64,000 nucleotides of DNA from Candidatus Daviesbacteria bacterium (GTDB lineage: Bacteria; Patescibacteriota; Microgenomatia; Daviesbacterales; UBA10151): the NCBI GenBank assembly GCA_030699125.1, contig JAUYKM010000009.1, positions 291,365 to 355,364 on the forward strand, written 5' to 3'. Both the position numbers and the translations under genes were made by a program. This document shows, piece by piece, positions 20,193 through 31,260 of this stretch (position 1 is the first letter of the stretch; every line of letters starts with the position of its first letter). The notes below the pieces were generated by a model that was given only the letters and a program-made list of their open reading frames with translations, did no database searches and was not told where the DNA came from.

Positions 20193-21531
20193 TCACCCAA
20201 CCTGAGAAGGTTGCCTCAAGAGTAATTTCATACCAGTTATCTCTTTTATCTTTGTATTCGTAAGTCTCTCCAGGATTAACCCTTCCTATAATACTGGCTG
20301 TCAGAGAGGGATTTTCCCTAACATTTAAATATCCAATCCCTGTTTCCTGAATTTTGAGTTTTAAGGTGGCTGAACTAGTGGCAGATTTTTCTAAAGGACT
20401 TGCAGAAGGCGAGGCTGATTCTTCAACTCTATTTATAATCGGAGCTGGAGATGAACCACTTGAGTTTAAACTCCCCAATAAACTATATAATGGCAATATT
20501 ACAGCTATGGCAACAGCGACTACACCCAACCAGACAATCACCAAAAGTATCGGTTCCAAAAGCACAGAGATGTTTTTGGCTGAATCTTGCGTTTTTGTTT
20601 CATACATCTCGCCGATTTTTATTAAGGTATCAGCTAAATTTCCCGATTGCTCAGCTGTTATGACCAGTTGCTGAACCGGACTCGGGATAAGACTTTTCGT
20701 ATTTTTAAAGAGTTCAAAACTCTTTTGAAAAGAATTGCCTTCTTTAACCCGCTCGTATAAATGAAGATATAATTTTTTATATCTGTAAAGCGCCGAGCTC
20801 TCACTCAAAGACTGCAATGAATCAAGAACCGGTAAACCGGCTTGCAATAAATTCCCCAGAAGCGAACCAAACCTTGCCAGTTCAACTTCTTTTAAAAGAC
20901 CTGCTATAGCCGGAATATAAAATAAAATAGCCTGGCCTAAAAAGTTGGTTTTTTTGAAGATAAAAACAAAAAATAAAAGCAGCAGGCTGATAAAAATAAA
21001 GCCGGGAATAACATAAATACCATATTTACCAAGAAAAGATCCAAAGGCAATAAGCCAGACAGTAATGAGGGGCAATTTTGCATGGAGTGAAGCAAATACA
21101 GATGCCAACCTAGGCAGAATAAACCAGGCAATACCTAGACCTACAGTAATAGTCAGGGTAAAAACAAATCCCGGATACATCATGGCAGAGGTTATTTTGG
21201 AGCGGAATTCTCTTTCTTTCTGCTCTTGTATGGCCACAACTTTTAAGTTTTCTGACAATCTGCCTGACTGCTCACCAATCCTGATGAGTGAAATTGTTGA
21301 TTCGGGAAAAATACCTGCTTTTTCCAGTGAAGCTGATATGGTTGATCCGGAATCAATCTCTGCTTCAATTCCGGCGATTATTTTTTTTAACCTAATGGAT
21401 TTTATTTCTTTTTCAATTGCCGGAAGCGCTAGGGCAACCGGCATCCCGGCTCCTAAAAGCATGGACAGTTGTTCAATAAAATATTCTTTTTCTTTACCAA
21501 TTCCAAAATTTGCAAAATTAAACATTTTCAT
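20161..21531 (-). CDS. pilC: Type IV pilus platform protein PilC/GspF with C-terminal SH3b domain
   Basis: Two T2SSF repeats (GEQSGRL, AEQSGNL, LLEP) plus 'YLNVRENPS...WYEI...GWV' SH3. Confidence 0.88.
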   Translation of the reverse strand: MKMFNFANFGIGKEKEYFIEQLSMLLGAGMPVALALPAIEKEIKSIRLKKIIAGIEAEIDSGSTISASLEKAGIFPESTISLIRIGEQSGRLSENLKVVAIQEQKEREFRSKITSAMMYPGFVFTLTITVGLGIAWFILPRLASVFASLHAKLPLITVWLIAFGSFLGKYGIYVIPGFIFISLLLLFFVFIFKKTNFLGQAILFYIPAIAGLLKEVELARFGSLLGNLLQAGLPVLDSLQSLSESSALYRYKKLYLHLYERVKEGNSFQKSFELFKNTKSLIPSPVQQLVITAEQSGNLADTLIKIGEMYETKTQDSAKNISVLLEPILLVIVWLGVVAVAIAVILPLYSLLGSLNSSGSSPAPIINRVEESASPSASPLEKSATSSATLKLKIQETGIGYLNVRENPSLTASIIGRVNPGETYEYKDKRDNWYEITLEATFSGWVNGEYIEEIKP

Positions 21532-23212
21532 TCTTTGGAGGAAGAGCTACCCGCAAAAGCTCCTCAAGCGTGGTAATGCCGTTTTTGATTTTTTCCAATC
21601 CATCTTCAAAAAGTGATTGAGAGCCATTTTTCCGGGCCAGATCAGAAATTTCCTGAGTGGAAGGATGTTTTAAAATTAAATCCTGCATATCCCCTTCTAT
21701 CTGAATAAATTCAAAGATGGCAGTCCTTCCTTTATAGCCGCTCCTGCCACAATTATTACATCCCTTTCCTTTATATAATGATGTTGAAGCATTCGGAAAA
21801 AAATGTTTAGCGCCGGGTAATATTTTTTCCAATTCCTGCTGAGTAGTAGTAAAGCTAACTCTACATTTGGTACAGATTTTCCTTAGTAGCCTTTGGGCAA
21901 TAATCAACTCCAATGAGGATGCCATCATAAATGGCTCAACTCCCATATCCAAAAGCCTGGGGATAGCGGTGGCGCTGTCATTGGCATGAAAAGTGGAAAA
22001 AAGCAGATGTCCTGTCAGGGCAGCATTCACAGCAATTTCCGCGGTTTCCAGATCCCTGATTTCCCCCACCAAAACTATATCCGGGTCCTGCCTGATAATT
22101 GAACGGAGACCTTTGGCAAAAGTCATCTCTGTTTGAGCATTAACCTGAATCTGATTAACCCCTGTAATCTTATACTCAACAGGATCCTCAATTGTAGTTA
22201 TGTTTACACCAGGCAGATTTAGCATCTTGATGAGAGCATAAAGGGTGGTGCTTTTCCCTGAACCTGTGGGACCGGTAACCAGTATCATACCGAAAGGCTT
22301 TTTTGCAGCTTTTAAGAATACTTCCTGATCGACCTTTGAAACACCAAGATCAGCAAAAGTGAACCCTTTAACATATTCAGCTAAAAGCCTGATGACAATA
22401 GTTTCTCCATCAAGAATAGGAACAAGCGAGACCCTCATATCTATGAAGCCCTTATCCCTGGGAAAACGGATCGCGCCATCCTGAGCAGCAAAATGTTCAT
22501 CAATGCGCAAATGAGCTTGAACCTTAATCCTATTTAAGATATTTTCATAGATCTCTTTAGATACTTTGCCTGCTTCCTGCAAAACACCATCCACCCTAAA
22601 CCTCACAATCACCTGCTTTTCTTGTGGCTCAAAATGAATGTCAGAGGCTTTAAAGGTCAGGGCATCGGATACAATCTCTTCAATTATTTCGGGTGCCACT
22701 TTCGTTTGCGTGGCTATAATTTCGGAAAATCTGGTTTCAAGAGGCTTTCTGTAGTGAATAAAAGAAGCTTTTATTTCAGAGGTTGGAGAATATGCAAACG
22801 AAATTTTTTTATTGGGGAAAAACTGTTGAAGGTGCGCTAATAGTTTATTGGCGCGGGGAGGATTGTCCGTTGCAATAACAACACTGGTATCTTCTTCATC
22901 AAAAAGCACAAGGTGATTGTTAATCCCTAATTCCTGTGGAATTTTAAGAACCTGCTCACGGGAAGAAGGCTTAGTATTTAAATCAGCAAAAGGAATTTTG
23001 TAAAATTCGGCAATTGCCTGTCCCAGCAGATTTGGTGTAATAATTCCGTTGGTTAAAAGATATTCCTCAATCGATGATTTACTTATCTTTGCAAAATCCT
23101 CTGCTTTTTGAAGGATTTCAGCAGAAACATAGTTTTCTTTTAGAAGAATGTCTCCTAAGGTAACTCTACGAGTCTTATTTGCTTTTGGTTTACTTGTATC
23201 CATGGGCAGCAA
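21518..23212 (-). CDS. pilB: Type IV pilus assembly ATPase PilB/GspE
   Basis: ASDIHFEP, GPTGSGKSTT, TIEDPVEY, RQDPDI..GEIRD, TGHL. Confidence 0.93.
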   Translation of the reverse strand: MLPMDTSKPKANKTRRVTLGDILLKENYVSAEILQKAEDFAKISKSSIEEYLLTNGIITPNLLGQAIAEFYKIPFADLNTKPSSREQVLKIPQELGINNHLVLFDEEDTSVVIATDNPPRANKLLAHLQQFFPNKKISFAYSPTSEIKASFIHYRKPLETRFSEIIATQTKVAPEIIEEIVSDALTFKASDIHFEPQEKQVIVRFRVDGVLQEAGKVSKEIYENILNRIKVQAHLRIDEHFAAQDGAIRFPRDKGFIDMRVSLVPILDGETIVIRLLAEYVKGFTFADLGVSKVDQEVFLKAAKKPFGMILVTGPTGSGKSTTLYALIKMLNLPGVNITTIEDPVEYKITGVNQIQVNAQTEMTFAKGLRSIIRQDPDIVLVGEIRDLETAEIAVNAALTGHLLFSTFHANDSATAIPRLLDMGVEPFMMASSLELIIAQRLLRKICTKCRVSFTTTQQELEKILPGAKHFFPNASTSLYKGKGCNNCGRSGYKGRTAIFEFIQIEGDMQDLILKHPSTQEISDLARKNGSQSLFEDGLEKIKNGITTLEELLRVALPPKNENV

Positions 23213-23225
23213 ATCACTATTTAAA

Positions 23226-23378
23226 TCATAACCTAATTGTTAAAATCTTTCCAGATACTGCCCCAACTATTACAGCAACTAAAATAGATGTTAAAAAATA
23301 TCCCCATCTCATTTTGAATCTCTCAGGAGTAAATGTTTTATTTCTTCCTCGAAACCTTCTGTAGTCCACCTTTGCCAT
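23226..23378 (-). CDS. Small (50-aa) single-TM protein not in the ORF track
   Basis: MAKVDYRRFRGRNKTFTPERFKMRWGYFLTSILVAVIVGAVSGKILTIRL*, co-directional with its neighbours. Confidence 0.5.
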   Translation of the reverse strand: MAKVDYRRFRGRNKTFTPERFKMRWGYFLTSILVAVIVGAVSGKILTIRL

Positions 23379-23447
23379 ATTTTAAAACCTGCACAATTTT
23401 GGAAACAGGAGAATTTAAGTAAACTTGCTCACCAAGTCTGACTAGAC

Positions 23448-25061
23448 TCACTTATTGGCCTCAATTAGGCCGGCTCTGGCATATTGATTTTGGGGATCCA
23501 TGGTTAAAACCTGCATAAAGATTTCTTTGGCTTTCTCTTTATCATTCATGGTTAGATAAATTACTCCCAAGTTACTTAAAATATTGGGATTTTTAGGGTT
23601 TATCGAAATACCTTTTTGGATAGCCTCTATAGCCTTATCATATTGCTGCATTTCAAAATATATAGCTGCCATGTTCTGGTATGATTGCCAAAGTACCGGG
23701 CTAAGGGATGCCGCTTTTTGATAATATTCCAAGGCCTTATCATTTTGTCCTAACTCTTTATAAACGTTGCCGGCATTATGATAGGCGTCTGCATAATCTT
23801 CTTTAAGTTGTATAGCATATAAAAACTCCTGTAAAGATCTTTGCTTATCTCCCCACCTGCCGTACACATCACCCAAATTATTGTGAGTATTAGGAGAAGA
23901 AGGAGAGGTTTTGCCAGTGGCAATCCAAAGATTATCTTCATTTTTCCAATCTATGTTTCTGAAAATAGTTCTGATAGACAGAAGAGAAATAATAATTATA
24001 GATAAAACCAAAACAACCATTTTGAATTTATCGCTCAGTTTATAGACTTTTTTTAGTAATAAGACAAAAGGGATAATAATCCCCAAACTGGCCAAATACA
24101 GATATCTTTCTGCCATGATCCAATTCAATCTGAATGGAGTTAAAGTAGGGCTAAGAGCAAGGAAGAAAAAAGCCAGCCAAAAAAAGATAGATTTATTTTT
24201 AAAGAAAGCAAATATTGCTGCTGCAAAAAATAAAAGAGTCACCGAAGCCCTTAAAATAAAGATGTATGTATTAAAAAAGAGTTCAGAATGATAAAGAGTT
24301 AAAGTTTGGGGCCAAAAAATTAGCTCAAAATAAGAAGAGAGGGCAATTGGAATAATTATAAAAATATTGTCTACCCCCCGTTCCTGATAGTGAACTGTTT
24401 GCAGAGTGGATTCTCTTTCAGATAAAGCCCCCAGATTTATAAAAATATAAGCCACCAAAATTAGTAAAAAGGGGATTGATTTAATCCAATGTTTTTTAAG
24501 ATTACCGAAGCACAAATCATAAAGTGGAAAGATTAGAAAAAGGCCAGCCGGCATCACCGGATGGGACATAAAGGAAAATAGGAAAAATACCACTGAAGCC
24601 CAATAAAAGAGTGCTTTTTTCTCAGATGATATATAGAAATAAAATGATAAAAGGAGGAAAAAAGAATATTGGGGATACATTCCTCCAGAAATCCATACCA
24701 CTGCTTCAGCAAATGCTGGGTGAACTGCAAAAATGGCAGCAGCAAGAAATGCTATCAGACGCGAACGGTAAAGCTTAACCAGAATGAAAAAAATAGTAAT
24801 GGTAGAACCAATATGGAATAAAAAGTTGGTAAAACGAAAAACTGCCGGGTTTAACCCACCAATATGGTATGCAGCCCAATAAACTATTAGTCTGATAAAA
24901 CCAAATGGGCGAGTGAAAATACTGCTTAAGTCACCTACCTTGGGGTTATTAACAATTTCTGCCAAATCATCGGAAAGAAAAGCATTATTTAAGGAGTTAG
25001 CATAAGTAATTAAGATCAAGATTACCAGGAAGAGAATAAATATCCAGTTTCTCTTAAACAT
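23448..25061 (-). CDS. TMTC-like GT-C membrane glycosyltransferase with C-terminal TPR repeats
   Basis: 'F.SDD...IV.N', 'FAVHP..AEAV.WISG', 'AERYLYL', 'RN.DW.N...LW' and TPRs. Confidence 0.82.
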   Translation of the reverse strand: MFKRNWIFILFLVILILITYANSLNNAFLSDDLAEIVNNPKVGDLSSIFTRPFGFIRLIVYWAAYHIGGLNPAVFRFTNFLFHIGSTITIFFILVKLYRSRLIAFLAAAIFAVHPAFAEAVVWISGGMYPQYSFFLLLSFYFYISSEKKALFYWASVVFFLFSFMSHPVMPAGLFLIFPLYDLCFGNLKKHWIKSIPFLLILVAYIFINLGALSERESTLQTVHYQERGVDNIFIIIPIALSSYFELIFWPQTLTLYHSELFFNTYIFILRASVTLLFFAAAIFAFFKNKSIFFWLAFFFLALSPTLTPFRLNWIMAERYLYLASLGIIIPFVLLLKKVYKLSDKFKMVVLVLSIIIISLLSIRTIFRNIDWKNEDNLWIATGKTSPSSPNTHNNLGDVYGRWGDKQRSLQEFLYAIQLKEDYADAYHNAGNVYKELGQNDKALEYYQKAASLSPVLWQSYQNMAAIYFEMQQYDKAIEAIQKGISINPKNPNILSNLGVIYLTMNDKEKAKEIFMQVLTMDPQNQYARAGLIEANK

Positions 25062-25113
25062 TTGGAATATATATTAATTCCCTGGGTATCTTTTTTGCAA
25101 GTATAAATCTAGT

Positions 25114-25791
25114 TTAACGAGGGATTTTGAGAACTTGTCCGGGTTCTATTAGGTCAGGATTGGCAATATTATTGACATCTGCTATTTTTTGATAAGCAAA
25201 AATATCCCCATAAGCTCTGCCGGCAATTTTAGAGAGCCAATCTCCAGGAATTACAGTATAAGTATCAGAAGTGATGGGTGGACCCCACTGCTCTCCTATC
25301 ATTGAGGCATCTGATGCGCCTTTTTCACCAGCTGGAACCTGTTCAGTTAAAGGAAGAGTTGTTGGTTCAGGTGTGGGGAGTGGTGTAGGTGAAACTTCAG
25401 CAGTTGTAACTCCCTCAAGTTTGGGGATTTGTAGAACCTGGCCTACTTCTATTTGATTTTCATTGGCCAGTTCGTTCTCTTGAACAATTTCCGGATATTT
25501 GTATCCATCTGAATAATATTTTTCTGCAATGGTAAATAAGGTATCACCTTCTTTGACAGTATATTGGCCGGGAAGATTTTCCGGTGAGACATCTTCACTG
25601 CCCTGGGTCTCCTGGGATGGACCTAAAGAGCCGTCCCCCCTATTGAAGTAATTGAAGATCAAAATCACCACTACCAAAATAATTAACCCACCTAAAATAA
25701 GACTCAGTCTTGATTGGTTTGATTGAACTTCCTCACTGATCTTATCAAGATAATTTTCTGTTTGGGAAACTTCTTTTTTTGGTCTTGCCAT
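25114..25791 (-). CDS. Membrane-anchored protein with two LysM domains
   Basis: YTVKEGDTLF.IA and YTV.PGDWLSKIA...NPDLIEPGQVL.IP. Confidence 0.9.
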   Translation of the reverse strand: MARPKKEVSQTENYLDKISEEVQSNQSRLSLILGGLIILVVVILIFNYFNRGDGSLGPSQETQGSEDVSPENLPGQYTVKEGDTLFTIAEKYYSDGYKYPEIVQENELANENQIEVGQVLQIPKLEGVTTAEVSPTPLPTPEPTTLPLTEQVPAGEKGASDASMIGEQWGPPITSDTYTVIPGDWLSKIAGRAYGDIFAYQKIADVNNIANPDLIEPGQVLKIPR

Positions 25792-25906
25792 AAATTTAGA
25801 GGCAGTCTGTTAACCGACAGAGGAGCAGAATAGTTATAATGCTTTTTTAGAGCATCTCAAATAGTTTGTCAAGAGGGCAAATTATTGATACAATACTCAA
25901 CAGTTT

Positions 25907-25979
25907 GGGGCCGTAGTGAACCGGTCATCACGTCTCCCTGTCACGGAGAAGATAGCGGGTTCGATTCCCGTCGGCCCCG
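25907..25979 (+). tRNA. tRNA-Asp(GTC)
   Basis: Acceptor GGGGCCG/CGGCCCC, anticodon arm TCTCC-CTGTCAC-GGAGA, T loop TTCGATT. Confidence 0.95.
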
Positions 25980-26017
25980 CAGAAATCAAAAAATCCGACT
26001 TTCCCGTCTCAATCCCA

Positions 26018-27643
26018 CTACTCTTTTTGGATAATAATGAGACCGTCGGGATCTTCGGTGACTTTTCCCAGTTGGAAAATATTTGCCACATTTTTATCCT
26101 CCAGCGGGCTAAGGTAAAAATATGATCCAGGCAGTGAACTTAAAAAGGAAACAAGTGCCCCCTTTGGTAGTGAGCCGATGTACACGTTTTCATATTTGAA
26201 AAAAGAATACTGATTAAGTTCTGATTTGGTCCTGTTTTGTTCCATCACCAGGCGCGGATCAAGTTTATTGTAGGTAGGATAGGCATACTCCATATTGGGA
26301 ATATCATTGGATAAAATAATATAGTCAAAGTTTCCTCTCTCTTCGTTCGCAATTTGTGAAGCCTGTTTGGCAGAGTATGACCAAAATTCCTCATAAAGTT
26401 GGGGAGCCACAATATAAACTCTTTCATAAAAATAAATAAACTGAATAGATATAGCAAAAATAACTAATCCTATGATAGTTTTCCGCCATATGATTGCTTT
26501 AAGTTCCCATATTTTAGAGAAACCAATGGCCGACAATATTAATATAGGAGGTAGTAAGAATGAGGACCTGAGAGCATGAGCCTCACCCACCAAGGATGAG
26601 GCTATGGGAGTAAGTAGTATCCAGGAAGTTAGTGTAATCAGCAACTTGGGATGAGATTTTTTGAGGGCTGGTAGGGCAAAAATTATGAGTATCAGGCTGA
26701 TCCAGTAAAATTCTCCCATTCCTGATGGGTTATGGCGGGGATTGCTGTCTCCGGTTAAAAATAAAAATTGGCCAGTAAAATTATCTAGGTAATTTTGGAA
26801 AAATATGCCTGTTTTTTCCATATATTTGTTATGGAAGATTGTTTCTATGAATTTTGGTAAATTGATCTTCTCTCTCTCAACAGATATCTTTTGGGTGGTG
26901 GTAGCTTCAGTTTGATCACTTTGGAACACATTAATGTTGGAAAATCTATCGCGCCCACCGATACTAACCATCAGATACAAACCCAGCAGTAAAGAGGCCA
27001 ATAAAATTAAAGCAGTTGGAATAAATATTAATCTGTTTTCAGTTATTTTTTTAAATTTCTGAAAATTGAGTATGATAAATACTGTTAAGATAAGTGGTAT
27101 GGTCAGTCTATAGGTAGCGTAGGTTTGCATACTTAGGGCAAAAGAAAAACCTGCCACCAGGAGCCAGATTGGCCTTTTAAGGCTCTTCAAAAGGCCAAAA
27201 ATACCCAACAAAGCTAAAAATAGAGCAAGATTCGTTTCAAAGGAGCCACGGCTTATCGATATTCCCCAAGGAGAAATAGCCCCCAAAAAAGAGGCAAAAA
27301 GCGCTGTTTTTTTACCAAAGAACTCTATGACAATGAAATAAAGAAGAATCACTATGCCTATCCCTGAGAGAGCTGATACAGTGCGTGCGGCCAAAGCAGT
27401 TGGTCCCAGAATAGAAGCTAGAGGTATGGTGGCATAAACATATACAGGCGGTCTGGCACCTCCCAGCTGAAATACCAGTGGCAATTTTTCTCCTTTTTGA
27501 TCGTAGCCTGTTTGTGAAATAGAGTAGGCATCAAAAGCTAAAGTCAGCTCATCGCCATACATGGCTTTAGGATTGGAGTCAATGTTAATAAATCTTAAAA
27601 TGATAGCTAAAAAAATAATCCCGATTAGAAGGAACTTATTCAC
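26018..27643 (-). CDS. ArnT/PMT-family (GT39/83-like) membrane glycosyltransferase
   Basis: 'DE....DAYSI..TG.D..G', 'RPP.Y.Y', 'GD.NPRH', multiple TM helices. Confidence 0.82.
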   Translation of the reverse strand: MNKFLLIGIIFLAIILRFINIDSNPKAMYGDELTLAFDAYSISQTGYDQKGEKLPLVFQLGGARPPVYVYATIPLASILGPTALAARTVSALSGIGIVILLYFIVIEFFGKKTALFASFLGAISPWGISISRGSFETNLALFLALLGIFGLLKSLKRPIWLLVAGFSFALSMQTYATYRLTIPLILTVFIILNFQKFKKITENRLIFIPTALILLASLLLGLYLMVSIGGRDRFSNINVFQSDQTEATTTQKISVEREKINLPKFIETIFHNKYMEKTGIFFQNYLDNFTGQFLFLTGDSNPRHNPSGMGEFYWISLILIIFALPALKKSHPKLLITLTSWILLTPIASSLVGEAHALRSSFLLPPILILSAIGFSKIWELKAIIWRKTIIGLVIFAISIQFIYFYERVYIVAPQLYEEFWSYSAKQASQIANEERGNFDYIILSNDIPNMEYAYPTYNKLDPRLVMEQNRTKSELNQYSFFKYENVYIGSLPKGALVSFLSSLPGSYFYLSPLEDKNVANIFQLGKVTEDPDGLIIIQKE

Positions 27644-27677
27644 ATTTAAGGTATAATATCATATATTAATTGTTTAA

Positions 27678-29420
27678 ATGGAAATTTCCAATCGTCGGAT
27701 TGCCAAGACCTTAAGAGATGTAGCTGCTGCAATAACTATTGAAAAGAGTGGAAATATCTTTGAAATTCGTGCCTACGAGAACGCAGCTGATTCTATAGAA
27801 CACTCCACTGCCGAGATACACGATTTATGGGAAGAAGGCAAATTAGGAGAAGTTCCCGGATTAGGAGAGAAACTTCAAAAATATTTAGATGAGTTATTTA
27901 CTAAGGGAAAAGTGGCACACTTTGAGGCAATTAAGAGGGGTATTCCGACAATTTTTTTTGATCTTTTAGACATTCCCGGCATTGGACCTAAGACAGCTGA
28001 AAGGATTGCCAAACTTGGTGTAAAAAATATAAAGGATCTGGAAAAGCAGATTAAATCTGGTGAGCTGGTTGTTAGAAAAGGTTTTTCAGCTAAAGTTGCA
28101 CGTAAAATTATGGATGGTATTAATGAGTCAACTGCCCGAGAAAAAGGTAGGATGCTTCTTCCTTATGCTTTCTATCAGGTTGAAAAAAATCTTGCATATC
28201 TCAAAAAGAGTAAGGATGTTTTAAATGCTCATTCTTTAGGTTCCCTTAGGAGGATGGTAGCAACTGTGGGAGATTTGGATTTCTCAGTTTCCTCTCATGA
28301 ACCTAAAAAGGTGGTTGATCATTTTTGTAAAATGCCGGGTGTAAAAAGAATAGTAGATCAAGGTATAAATAGGACCACAGTCATCTTAAAGACGGGCATT
28401 CAAGCAGATTTGCTAGTTGGTCATCCAGACTCATATGGGGCGCTTTTGCAGCATTCTACGGGCTCGAAAAGCCATAATATTAAGTTGAGGACATTAGCGA
28501 TTGAGAAAGGATTATCTCTTTCTGAATATGGAGTTAGGAAAACAAGTAACAAGTTAGTAAAAACAAAAACAGAGGAAGAATTTTACAAACTCTTAGGCAT
28601 GAGTGTGCCTCCACCTGAGTTAAGAGAAGATACAGGAGAGATTGAGGCTGCTTTGGAGCACAAATTACCTAAACTGGTTGAACTTGATGATATAAAAGGT
28701 GATCTGCATTTGCATTCCAATTTTCCCATTGAGAAACCATCACATGCCCCGGGGGTTGATTCCATAGAAAAAATTATTGAGAAAGCAGAAGAGCTCGATT
28801 ATGAATATGTAGGGATATCAGATCACTCTCCCAGTTTTAATTTAAGCAAGGAAAAGATAATAGCAACGATTGAGAAGAGGACAAAATTTATTCAATCAAT
28901 AAAACAGAGTACAAAAAGTATTCGAGTACTAAATGGACTCGAAATAGATATTCTTGGTGATGGAAAATTGAGCGTACCTGATGAAGCTTTGAAAACATTG
29001 GATTACTGTATCGCCGGAATCCATTCCGGTCACAGAGGTTCTAAAGAAATTATTACTAAAAGATTAATAACTGTCTTGGAAAATCCTTATGTAGATATAA
29101 TTTCTCATCCTACTAATAGGTTATTGAATGAAAGAGATTCATCAGAAGCTGATTGGGATCAAATTTTTAAATACGCAGCTAAAAATAACAAACTGTTAGA
29201 AATTAATGCTTTTCCCAATAGGTTGGATCTAAGGGATGATTTGGTGAAAGTTGCCCTAAAATATGGAGTGAAGTTTATCATTAATACCGATGCCCATGAA
29301 GTTGAACAGATGAATAATATGAGATTTGGAATATCGGTAGCTCGACGAGGCTGGGTTGAAGCCAAAGATGTTATTAATACCTGGGACTGGACAGAATTTA
29401 AAAATTGGTTTAAACTGTAA
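27678..29420 (+). CDS. polX: DNA polymerase X / PHP domain protein
   Basis: HhH motifs, GSLRR...GDLD, TGSK.HN; PHP HLH, DHS, HP, D.H. Confidence 0.93.
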   Translation: MEISNRRIAKTLRDVAAAITIEKSGNIFEIRAYENAADSIEHSTAEIHDLWEEGKLGEVPGLGEKLQKYLDELFTKGKVAHFEAIKRGIPTIFFDLLDIPGIGPKTAERIAKLGVKNIKDLEKQIKSGELVVRKGFSAKVARKIMDGINESTAREKGRMLLPYAFYQVEKNLAYLKKSKDVLNAHSLGSLRRMVATVGDLDFSVSSHEPKKVVDHFCKMPGVKRIVDQGINRTTVILKTGIQADLLVGHPDSYGALLQHSTGSKSHNIKLRTLAIEKGLSLSEYGVRKTSNKLVKTKTEEEFYKLLGMSVPPPELREDTGEIEAALEHKLPKLVELDDIKGDLHLHSNFPIEKPSHAPGVDSIEKIIEKAEELDYEYVGISDHSPSFNLSKEKIIATIEKRTKFIQSIKQSTKSIRVLNGLEIDILGDGKLSVPDEALKTLDYCIAGIHSGHRGSKEIITKRLITVLENPYVDIISHPTNRLLNERDSSEADWDQIFKYAAKNNKLLEINAFPNRLDLRDDLVKVALKYGVKFIINTDAHEVEQMNNMRFGISVARRGWVEAKDVINTWDWTEFKNWFKL

Positions 29421-29426
29421 ATTGTC

Positions 29427-29978
29427 ATGTTTACTACTTATATCATTATCGGTGCATTAGTTTTAGTAGTTATCTGGCTGCTTGCTACCTATAATGGTTT
29501 GATTACCCTGAGAAATAGGGTGAAAGAAGCCTGGTCACAGATTGATGTTCAGCTTAAAAGACGTTCTTCTTTGATTCCTAATCTGGTTGAGGCAGTTAAA
29601 GGTTATGCCAAACATGAAAAGGGAGTATTTACTGAAGTGACCAAAGCCAGAACCGCTTTGATGGGGGCTAAAAATCCGCATGAGGCTGCTGAAGCTAATA
29701 ATATGTTAACTGGAGCGCTAAAGAGCCTTTTTGCAGTGGCTGAGGCTTACCCTGAACTTAAAGCTTCCGAGAATTTTAAACAGCTGCAAGAGGAGATTTC
29801 TGATACGGAAACCAAAGTGGCTGCCTCCAGGCAATTTTATAACACCAATGTGTTGGATTTAAATAATTCCTTGGAAACTATTCCTTCTGCCTGGGTTGGG
29901 TCCGCCTTTGGATTTAGAAAAGAAGAATTCTTCAAAGCTACTGATGAAGAAAAAAAAGATATTGAAGTTAAATTTTAG
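29427..29978 (+). CDS. lemA: LemA family protein
   Basis: [18 protein letters not shown] and EAYPELKA. Confidence 0.95.
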   Translation: MFTTYIIIGALVLVVIWLLATYNGLITLRNRVKEAWSQIDVQLKRRSSLIPNLVEAVKGYAKHEKGVFTEVTKARTALMGAKNPHEAAEANNMLTGALKSLFAVAEAYPELKASENFKQLQEEISDTETKVAASRQFYNTNVLDLNNSLETIPSAWVGSAFGFRKEEFFKATDEEKKDIEVKF

Positions 29979-30002
29979 TCTTCAGTGTGTTAATATTTAC
30001 CC

Positions 30003-30926
30003 ATGTCAACCATTAATACTGCTTGGGATCATCGTACCTCAAATATTATAAAGACATGGTTAATCATGTTTTTCTTTTCCATTTTTACAGTGGCTGTAGT
30101 CTATTTGATAGCTAGAGGCTTTGGGTATGGAGAAGTGGGAGGATTGGGAATTGTGGGATTTGCCCTGATTATGGCCGGAATTATGAACTTTGTTTCATAT
30201 TTTTGGTCAGATAAGATTGTTTTGGGAGTTTCCGGGGCAAAGCCAATAAAAAAAGAGGGAAACCCGCAAGTTTACAGAACTGTGGAAAATTTATGCATTG
30301 CTGCAGGTTTACCCACACCCAAAATTTATATTATTGATGACACTGCCACTAATGCTTTTGCCACAGGTAGGGATCCAAAGCATGCTGCGATTGCTTTTAC
30401 AAAGGGAATCTTACAGAAATTAAATAAGCAAGAGCTGGAGGGAGTTACGGCACATGAACTTTCCCATGTTGGTAGCAGGGATACTTTGGTAATGGCGGTA
30501 GTTTCTGTCTTGGTTGGGACTATTGCTCTTCTTTCAGACTTTTTTATGAGGTCTATGTGGTATGGCTCGCGAGACAGGGAGGGTAGAGGTAACCAGCTGT
30601 TTGTAATTTTAGCCATAGTAGCAGCAATTCTGGCCCCAATTGTGGCCACATTAATTCAACTGGCAGTTTCCAGAAGAAGGGAATTTTTAGCAGATGCCAG
30701 TGGAGTTTTATTAACAAGATATCCTTCAGGTTTGGCATCAGCCTTACAAAAAATATCTTCGGATAGAGAGCCCCTGGAGGTAGCAAATCGAGGCACTGCA
30801 CATCTTTATATAGCTAATCCTTTCAAGGGTCAGGAAGCTAAACAATGGTTGGCAGGATTATTTAACACCCATCCTCCAATCGAAGCCCGTATTAAAGCTC
30901 TTCAAGAAATGGAAGGAGAAGTCTAA
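30003..30926 (+). CDS. htpX: Zinc metalloprotease HtpX (M48)
   Basis: NAFATG, HELSH, SRRREFLAD, THPP. Confidence 0.93.
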   Translation: MSTINTAWDHRTSNIIKTWLIMFFFSIFTVAVVYLIARGFGYGEVGGLGIVGFALIMAGIMNFVSYFWSDKIVLGVSGAKPIKKEGNPQVYRTVENLCIAAGLPTPKIYIIDDTATNAFATGRDPKHAAIAFTKGILQKLNKQELEGVTAHELSHVGSRDTLVMAVVSVLVGTIALLSDFFMRSMWYGSRDREGRGNQLFVILAIVAAILAPIVATLIQLAVSRRREFLADASGVLLTRYPSGLASALQKISSDREPLEVANRGTAHLYIANPFKGQEAKQWLAGLFNTHPPIEARIKALQEMEGEV

Positions 30927-30966
30927 CTCTTCCACTGGAAAACTTCTTAAAGTATAATCCCTTTAT

Positions 30967-31260
30967 ATGTCTTTATCACGCAATCAGGTAAAACATGTGG
31001 CAAAGTTGGCCAATTTACCATTAACTCCGCAGGAAGAAGAGAAATATTCTGAGCAGCTTTCCAAGATTTTGGATTATATTGATCAGCTAAATTCTGTCGA
31101 TACTTCTGGCGTAGAGCCAACTTTTAATGTTTCTGGTCAAGAAAATATGATGAGCGAGGATAAACTTGGTGATTGTACTATTTCTCAAGAGGATACTTTA
31201 TCTAATACTCCTAAGGAAGAAAGAGGTTTTTTCGTCACCAAAGGAGTATTTGAGGGATGA
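30967..31260 (+). CDS. gatC: Asp/Glu-tRNA amidotransferase subunit C
   Basis: HVAKLA.L...ILDYI.QL...DT.GVEPT; position upstream of gatA. Confidence 0.93.
   Translation: MSLSRNQVKHVAKLANLPLTPQEEEKYSEQLSKILDYIDQLNSVDTSGVEPTFNVSGQENMMSEDKLGDCTISQEDTLSNTPKEERGFFVTKGVFEG

Noticed and set aside
25897-26125. ORFs overlapping tRNA-Asp
   Set aside because: Shadow ORFs of a clear tRNA gene.
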